Below, piece after piece: positions 57,913 through 64,000 of a DNA stretch of 64,000 bases (the stretch's first letter is position 1; the number at the start of each line of letters is the position of its first letter). Source of the DNA: Bdellovibrionales bacterium (lineage in GTDB: Bacteria > Bdellovibrionota > Bdellovibrionia > Bdellovibrionales > CAYMLA01). The notes below the pieces were generated by a model that worked only from the letters and a program-made list of their open reading frames with translations, had not been told where the DNA came from and did no database searches. Made by a program: the position numbers and the translations under genes. The stretch is taken from positions 1,344,001 to 1,408,000 of the forward strand of contig OZ244239.1 of NCBI GenBank assembly GCA_965217115.1. The letters are read 5' to 3'.

Positions 57913-58383
57913 CTATTTCCTAATTTTCAGAGTTGTTAAGCAATAATACCTATCTAAGTCTCTATAATCAAGAACCTTTAGAGGGCGGCGGTCCATGGTT
58001 CTGACCTTTTCAAGTTTATAACAGGATATTTTGTCATCAACAATAGATCTTCGATAGGCCACAACTCTTTTAGATTTTGTCCCTGATCTAATTTCAGTTA
58101 CTAAATCATGGGATTTAATGAGTTTCCTTTGTTGTTCACCAGATTCAAACAAGGCCTTTGCATAGCGAGTGAAGTAAAGAGGTACTTTTCCACTTGCAAC
58201 GATATCGTTTTCCTCGTCTTGAGTTACTCTGTCCAGGAGATCTTGAAAAGCCTTGCCAGAACCAAAGCTAGGGTACTCAGTAGCAGGGACTCTCTTTTCA
58301 ACCGCGGTCGATGCTATTTTGGTCTTTATTCCAGAACAGGAAACAATACTTAAGCTAAGCAAAAGAAGGGCAATTATTTTCAT
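57913..58383 (-). CDS. Hypothetical lipoprotein
   Basis: MKIIALLLLSLSIVSC lipobox; RVPAT motif. Confidence 0.75.
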   Translation of the reverse strand: MKIIALLLLSLSIVSCSGIKTKIASTAVEKRVPATEYPSFGSGKAFQDLLDRVTQDEENDIVASGKVPLYFTRYAKALFESGEQQRKLIKSHDLVTEIRSGTKSKRVVAYRRSIVDDKISCYKLEKVRTMDRRPLKVLDYRDLDRYYCLTTLKIRK

Positions 58384-58489
58384 AAAAAATCCTTATGTTA
58401 TATGTTAACAACATTAAGCATATCGGATTATTTAAACTAAACTAACTAAACCAAGGTCTGTATGGAACCTCGAAGAGAAGAGGTGACTA

Positions 58490-58600
58490 CAGAATCTATG
58501 CCTGGTGTTGAGAGGACACATTCCCTGGCGGTGCCATCGTCACTATAACGACTCTTTAAAAGAAGTTTAGTATAGCTAAGATTTGTTTGATTTCTTTCAT
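58490..58600 (-). pseudogene. Decayed gene remnant divergent from the TIGR02147 gene
   Basis: aaggagagatt-ATG then MKEIKQILAILNFF*, an early stop after a strong RBS; upstream DNA is homologous to that of the 60481-61497 gene. Confidence 0.45.
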
Positions 58601-58708
58601 AATCTCTCCTTGTGGTTTATTAACATCTTCGTTTTAGAAAGAATAGCTTGAAAAATTCAAACATCAGCATATATATTATTATTTATTACCACGAAAGGGT
58701 TATTTTCC

Positions 58709-59503
58709 ATGACTGTTTTAGAATTTGATAATTACAAAACCTATTTAAGGCATATCACCGATGTGGAGAAACGCGGGATTGTTAAAAAATTGGCCGATGC
58801 AGCAGGCTGTCAGAGATCTTATATTTCCCAGGTACTGAGTACACAGGTTCATCTCACATCTGACCATGTATATGGCATTGGGCTGTTTTTACACATGCAA
58901 GACTATGAGTTAGATTACTTTCTCTTACTTTTAGAGAAAGAGAAAGCCTCTTCCTTGCCCTATCGAGAAAAACTACAGGGGAAGTTAGCTCAAAGTAAAA
59001 GACATGCTCTGCGACTTTCCAAACAAATAAAAGAAGAAGAGACTCAGGTGATCCCTGAAGCCTATTATTCTGCGTGGTATTTTTCAGCCATCCACATAGC
59101 TACAAGCATAGATAAATTAAAGGATGAAGATGATTTTTCCAAGTATCTGAGTCTTCCTAAAAAATTAGTGAGTAAAGTTCTCAGAGAGTTAGAGCGTTGG
59201 GGGCTTATTGAGTTTAATGGTGAATCTTGGAATTACGTAGGTTCGAGAGTCATCCATTTAAGAGATGATTCCTTCCTAAACCGTATCAATCATATTAATT
59301 GGAGAACACAAGCTCTATCACGTGCTCTGTCACCAATACAAGACGTTCATTATACGTCTGTGTTTACGATTTCTAAAAAAGATGTGGAAAGGATAAGAGA
59401 AAAACTTCTAAACTTCATCCATGAGCATAGAAAAGACGTTGATGCTTCCAGTTCAGAAACACTTGTCGCTTTTTGTTGCGATTATTTCGTGGCAGGTTCT
59501 TAG
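58709..59503 (+). CDS. TIGR02147/DUF4423 family HTH protein
   Basis: FDNYKTYL...LADAAGCQRSYISQVL (Xre-like HTH), YFLLLL, YYSAWYFSAIH, NHINWR, HYTSVFTISKKD, C-terminal DYF. Confidence 0.8.
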   Translation: MTVLEFDNYKTYLRHITDVEKRGIVKKLADAAGCQRSYISQVLSTQVHLTSDHVYGIGLFLHMQDYELDYFLLLLEKEKASSLPYREKLQGKLAQSKRHALRLSKQIKEEETQVIPEAYYSAWYFSAIHIATSIDKLKDEDDFSKYLSLPKKLVSKVLRELERWGLIEFNGESWNYVGSRVIHLRDDSFLNRINHINWRTQALSRALSPIQDVHYTSVFTISKKDVERIREKLLNFIHEHRKDVDASSSETLVAFCCDYFVAGS

Positions 59504-59558
59504 ACATTCTAAGAACCCATGAACAAAAAAACTACAAATTGCAAAACGGAAACCCTAA

Positions 59559-59855
59559 CTATTCATATTCATCTAACTCTATAATTTCGGTCTTAACGAT
59601 TTTATTGTCTATACCATCGGCCTTTAAATTTTCACTAATATTATCTACGCAGTTTAGTTTATCTTTAGGCTCTTCGAGTTGATTGCACTTGTTGACCATC
59701 GCCTCGATCGCACTTGACCTAGCATTTCTCAGTCTTGTATTAGCACGCGTTTCATGGACGGCTGACAAGCCCTTTCTCCCCGAATTAACGAATTGACTTG
59801 GTAAAACCGCAATTGCAAGAAAAACGAATGCGCCAGCTATGTATGCCATAACCAT
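59559..59855 (-). CDS. Small membrane-anchored hypothetical protein
   Basis: aggagg RBS, N-terminal hydrophobic helix, two Cys. Confidence 0.65.
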   Translation of the reverse strand: MVMAYIAGAFVFLAIAVLPSQFVNSGRKGLSAVHETRANTRLRNARSSAIEAMVNKCNQLEEPKDKLNCVDNISENLKADGIDNKIVKTEIIELDEYE

Positions 59856-60011
59856 TTTTTCCTCCTAAGTAATAGAATAATTCATATTTTCGATTGGCAC
59901 CATAGTATCATATTTTCATACTGTGTAGTTATTACTTTTTATCTAAGAGTAAATTTTACAATGCTAAAAGACGGGGAGCCACCCATTGCCCCACCGACTT
60001 AGTTATCCCAG

Positions 60012-60248
60012 CTATTTAGAAGCTTTGAAAAATTTGTCATTGGAATCAACATTTCGGAAATACTCCGTGTTTTTAAAGGGGCCTTTTTCTTTTGGTCCGT
60101 CATTGCAATTTTTAATAATGGCATCACGTCATGTACCAAAGGTATAAGAACATAGAGCTGACCCATTATACTCCACAACACAATCAGAACGAGCATGGGA
60201 AGAGATCGTTGAAAGTAAAATCGTTAAACCTAATATTATATTTTTCAT
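60012..60248 (-). pseudogene. Small secreted Cys-containing protein interrupted by an in-frame TGA (60129-60131)
   Basis: MKNIILGLTILLSTISSHA-RSDCVVEYNGSALCSYTFGT*RDAIIKNCNDGPKEKGPFKNTEYFRNVDSNDKFFKASK*. Confidence 0.55.
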
Positions 60249-60401
60249 TCCGTTTTCCTTGGTTTCTATTTGAGTCATTTCATTTTAAATTTCTGAGCAA
60301 TTATAGGGAGGATCAACACCTTTAAGGAGAAACACTATTTAATAGTGTAAATTTTCTTACTCTTCGGGGGGGGCTTTAAAAAGCGGATATTTTCTGAACT
60401 C

Positions 60402-60428
60402 AAAAAAAAGGCCACTTTGTAGTGGCCT
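60402..60428 (-). terminator. Rho-independent terminator, homologous to the one at 57839
   Basis: Minus strand aggccact-acaa-agtggcct-ttttttt. Confidence 0.75.
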
Positions 60429-60480
60429 CGTCAAAATCTCCTCGCTTAAATGAAAAAGCTAGTTTTTAGAGCCTAGTGAT

Positions 60481-61497
60481 TTAGTATTCCCAATCGTGGT
60501 AAGATTTACAATTCGTAAAATAAGCAATCTCAGTTGCTTTATTTCTAGGGCCTAATTTTGCAATAAGAAAAGGTCTGTCTTTGAAATACTCGATTGCAAA
60601 CTTCTCCCCTCTTAAAGTGTTGTGTCCAACATACATCTTCCCAATCATTTTTGCATCAGTATTTCTTGGCACTAATACTCTTCCAACTTTATCATGGTCC
60701 ACTTTTTCAAGCATACTCAAATTAAATTTCTGAAAATTGTATGTCTGTTTAGAGTAGGGGATAAAACCAAAATATTGAGTGATTTGTGCCACTGTCGTAT
60801 CTGATTTATTTGTAAAGATCACATAGGTTCTAGCTGTGTCAGTAGCATACCTCTGAGCAACACATCTTACAGATTGACCATGAATAGCTCCTTCATACAT
60901 GTTCTCTAAACCGTCTAATGAAACTGCTTTTCCAATAACCCTTCGTATTTTATGCGAAGTAAACTCTTCAGATATAACTCTTCCCATTTCATAAAGGTAT
61001 TCATGGAAGAGCAGTGCTGCTTGATTCATTGTATCCAATGAGTTCCAAATCTCTCTATTGATGTAATATCTACCCCTGTCATCATCAGCATAAGCTAATT
61101 GCTCAATACGACAGTTGTTAGGAATGTTGCTACGAAGCTCTCCTGAGTCATAAGTGGAAGGAAGTTTATGATCTACAAAAATTGATTTAGATAATAATAT
61201 ATCTAAGTAGCTCAGGTCATTCTCCTCAACTGGACGTTTATCGTTTGATGAATTTCGTAACTCTTGAAATAATATTTTGAAGTCAGCTCTTAAATTACCA
61301 GAGGCAGATTTCATCCCTATCCCCCTAGATGACTCTTCGTACACATCAAGTAAAGCCGAATCTTGAATTTTACCATTTAAGTTTCGACAGACAACAGACA
61401 TTCCCCCACCGCTAGAAATAGGTCCATTAACAACTTCTGGAAAAGCCCAAGATGGAAGAATCGATAACATAAACGGTAAAAATAATAATAGTTTCAT
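60481..61497 (-). CDS. Secreted protein with GGGxSVVCR and HExxY motifs (possible zincin-like fold)
   Basis: Signal peptide; SGGGMSVVCRN..GKI..LLDVYE; CRIEQLA; IWNSLDTMNQAALLFHEYLY. Confidence 0.75.
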   Translation of the reverse strand: MKLLLFLPFMLSILPSWAFPEVVNGPISSGGGMSVVCRNLNGKIQDSALLDVYEESSRGIGMKSASGNLRADFKILFQELRNSSNDKRPVEENDLSYLDILLSKSIFVDHKLPSTYDSGELRSNIPNNCRIEQLAYADDDRGRYYINREIWNSLDTMNQAALLFHEYLYEMGRVISEEFTSHKIRRVIGKAVSLDGLENMYEGAIHGQSVRCVAQRYATDTARTYVIFTNKSDTTVAQITQYFGFIPYSKQTYNFQKFNLSMLEKVDHDKVGRVLVPRNTDAKMIGKMYVGHNTLRGEKFAIEYFKDRPFLIAKLGPRNKATEIAYFTNCKSYHDWEY

Positions 61498-61610
61498 ACT
61501 GTTCTCCTTATTTTAAATTCGTTAACACTCTCTGAAGAAAAGTTATAGCTTAAAAAGCCTAAAGATCAGCATATATATTATTATTTATTACTATAAAAAG
61601 GTTATTTTTC

Positions 61611-61721
61611 ATAACTATTTTTAGTTTTGAGGACTGTATAGCTTATTTGAAATATATCGTGGATATGGAAAAACGTGGTGTCATTAAAGAGTTAGCTAAT
61701 ACGCAGCCGTTGAAATTATGA
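61611..61721 (+). pseudogene. Truncated paralog of the TIGR02147 gene
   Basis: ITIFSFEDCIAYLKYIVDMEKRGVIKELANT aligns with MTVLEFDNYKTYLRHITDVEKRGIVKKLADA; the start codon is ATA. Confidence 0.75.
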
Positions 61722-61914
61722 GATTGGACTGAGCCTAGGTAAGAGCAAGGTTTTACAAAAATTGTCACTGGTCATTTATTAAACAAAGTATCTTCTTCAA
61801 CTGAGCGTCTCATCATACTTGAGAGTGGCAGTGATTTTGCTTTATATAGACTGATAGAGTTAATTAATTAACACGTAAGGCGACCAAATTTATACCAGTA
61901 GTTGAGGTTTTATT

Positions 61915-63198
61915 ATGATATTGAAATTACTCATACTAATTACTTGTAGTTTAACAACAAAAGTATTTGCTGACATTACTAAGCCATGTCATTTTTCAGG
62001 ATTAGAAAACATTAAGAGACCCTGGTATCCTAATAAAAATAAATCTTTTGAATTCCTCTACTCTTTTAGAGTTCTGAGAACAGCAAAAAAAGGGTTCCCT
62101 ACAATTATATTTATTCCCGGAGGACCAGGACAGACAAGTATGGATGGGCAACTAGGTATTGATAAAATTGTACCAAAAAATTGGGGACTAGTGTTAACAG
62201 ACCCTCGTGGAGTTGGCTGTAATGATGTAGGTAAAGAATATCCCCCTGATTTTTTTCAGACGAATTATATTGCAGATGATATTCTTGCTCTGATTAAAAA
62301 AATAGCTATTCCTCACGATAAAATTATTCTTTATGGTCTTTCCTATGGAACAGTTGTTGCCACTAAAGTAGCTAGCCTCGCAAATAAGAGGGAACTTACT
62401 AAATTTAATGCTCTTTTCTTAGAAGGCACATTAGGTCGGTCCTTCAAAGGACAAGAATTTCTGGATCAATACGTTATAGAGTGGAGGGAATATTTCAATA
62501 GATTAGATGAATTAACGAAACAAATGCTAATTAAAAACTTTCCTCTTTTATCAAGAAAATTTCGTAAAAACTGGTCTAATTTTTTATTAAGTGGTCTTAT
62601 TTTTGGGGGGGCTCAAAAAAGGGAACATACTTTGGACTACCCAATATCATTACTTTCATCGAATGAAGGTATTCTTGAGTTAGAAAAGAATTTCTTAATC
62701 ACTGGCGAGAGGAATTCTTCTCAAAACAGCAATCAAATGTGGGAAAGCATATGGTGTGGAGAACTCAACAATGAGGGAAATACCTGGGAGTTGGGCTATG
62801 ACATAGATTTTAATGCCCTTAGAATCTATGAGAAAAAGGATCGCACCTTGTGTAACACAAACTATCGAGGTGAACGTTATGACTCTTCCTTTGAGTATGT
62901 ACGAGAAAAGGTTTTCTACTTTCAAGGGGGGGCTGATCCTGCGACTCCTCTTTGGCAGGCAGAATACCATTTCGAAAATTTGAATGGCAGTGGAGAGAGT
63001 ATTTTTTTTACTTTCCCTGAAATGGGACATAGTCCCCTTGAAGTTTTAAAGATGTTTGAATCTACTTGTTTATCAGATTTCTTAAACTCAGTCCTCTCTG
63101 AAAAAAACACAAATCAAATATTAGAGAAATGTGGTTTTAATGTAAGAACTAAATATAAAAAGAGGAATCCAAATGAGAGAGGTGTTGGTCCAAGTTAA
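61915..63198 (+). CDS. Secreted alpha/beta hydrolase (prolyl aminopeptidase S33-like)
   Basis: Signal peptide, PGGPG, DPRGVG, GLSYG (Ser), GGADP (Asp), GHS (His). Confidence 0.82.
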   Translation: MILKLLILITCSLTTKVFADITKPCHFSGLENIKRPWYPNKNKSFEFLYSFRVLRTAKKGFPTIIFIPGGPGQTSMDGQLGIDKIVPKNWGLVLTDPRGVGCNDVGKEYPPDFFQTNYIADDILALIKKIAIPHDKIILYGLSYGTVVATKVASLANKRELTKFNALFLEGTLGRSFKGQEFLDQYVIEWREYFNRLDELTKQMLIKNFPLLSRKFRKNWSNFLLSGLIFGGAQKREHTLDYPISLLSSNEGILELEKNFLITGERNSSQNSNQMWESIWCGELNNEGNTWELGYDIDFNALRIYEKKDRTLCNTNYRGERYDSSFEYVREKVFYFQGGADPATPLWQAEYHFENLNGSGESIFFTFPEMGHSPLEVLKMFESTCLSDFLNSVLSEKNTNQILEKCGFNVRTKYKKRNPNERGVGPS

Positions 63199-63292
63199 AG
63201 GTTTAATTCGTTCTACGACTAAAGTTATAGACTGATCTTTATTAATTAGACAGTTTAATTTGCATTTCTGTCACTAAAATAATTTTGTCATA

Positions 63293-63610
63293 ATGAGTAC
63301 TATGATTCGGTCATTTGTGGATTATAGAAGAACTATTAGTCATGAGTTTTTTCATGCTCAGTATTTTTTAAACCCTAAGTATCGGAGTATTGTAGATAAA
63401 TATTGGGAAGGTCTTGATGCTGAGAAAAAAGAAAAATTTAAAAAAAATCTACCTCCCGTATATGACAGAGATAATGATTTTCTAATCAAGAATGGGTTTC
63501 AGGCATATCTTTTATCGGGAAACCTTCCTCAATCGATGGCAAGTTTTTTTTCGATCCATCAAATTGCTTTAGGAGTAGAGTTGCTGAAGTCTTTGCCGAT
63601 TGAAAAATAG
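63293..63610 (+). CDS. HExxH-containing protein, probably an N-terminally truncated fragment
   Basis: TISHEFFHAQYF only 16 aa from the start; no clear RBS. Confidence 0.45.
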   Translation: MSTMIRSFVDYRRTISHEFFHAQYFLNPKYRSIVDKYWEGLDAEKKEKFKKNLPPVYDRDNDFLIKNGFQAYLLSGNLPQSMASFFSIHQIALGVELLKSLPIEK

Positions 63611-63788
63611 CCTATTTTTGTTATAAGTTGCATATAACTTCGTCAGTGGCTTTATCTCTCAAGAATTAAAAAGCGAAAAACCAAGTAATATTGAGTAGAT
63701 ATACCTCTGGGCAAGGTGGCATGGACAATGCTTTATTAAGGGGAGAGGATTCACAAAAAAACCTTGTGATAAAGACTAGGGAGTCGTT

Positions 63789-64000
63789 ATGAAAAAAAAT
63801 GGAATAATCTTGATCTTGATGCTGTCATCTCTTTCAGCATCTGCAGTTACTATTCATCATGCCTGTGGTTCGGATAATCATAGTACTTATGTAACAAAGG
63901 CCCTCGAAAAATCCAGTCAGTCTTCTTTAATGGGACTTGCTGTATGCCAGGATGTAACAACAGGAGAAGTGCCTTGCGTGGTAAAGGTTACGAAAAATGA
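63789..64000 (+). CDS. Secreted hypothetical protein, 5' part (runs off the window)
   Basis: gggag RBS; MKKNGIILILMLSSLSASA-VTIHHACGSDNHSTY..., open to the window end. Confidence 0.65.
   Translation, partial: MKKNGIILILMLSSLSASAVTIHHACGSDNHSTYVTKALEKSSQSSLMGLAVCQDVTTGEVPCVVKVTKN

Noticed and set aside
59999..60325. ORFs 59999-60196 and 60131-60325
   Set aside because: Better explained as shadows of the TGA-interrupted signal-peptide gene at 60012-60248.
1779..63110. Numerous antisense or alternate-frame ORFs of 60-150 aa inside identified genes
   Set aside because: They overlap well-supported genes and show no independent motifs.

Overview
64-kb chromosomal segment of an AT-rich bacterium, very likely Bdellovibrionota (FQNC-type lipoprotein, TIGR02147/DUF4423 HTH protein, RpsB with a long C-terminal extension). 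It is mostly housekeeping: hpt/bamD, a partial arginine-succinyltransferase cluster plus mltG, xth-pgeF-rluD-tsaB-rseP, the rpsB-tsf-pyrH-frr-uppS-cdsA cluster, priA, galU, tonB, clpP, Sua5, nupC, lexA, dppABC, a gamma-glutamyl amine/amino-alcohol catabolic cluster, tig, an ArsA-like pair and gshA. The most unusual signal is non-coding: a family of long hairpin elements at 9141-9255, 12043-12161, 33153-33304 and 33352-33476. They share a conserved core (GAGTTYGGCTTGG - inner hairpin - CAAACGNATGTYTGA) while their stems are replaced or covary. Two copies, in inverted orientation, bound a 3-kb island carrying an ArnT-like glycosyltransferase, a collapsed GT2 mini-gene, tandem arrays and a 13-bp minisatellite. 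The last 8 kb is an accessory region of secreted-protein genes, pseudogenes and a duplicated, reciprocally decayed regulator/target module. I saw no tRNA, rRNA, CRISPR array, integrase, transposase or reverse transcriptase. All calls come from reading motifs by eye; no database searches were run.
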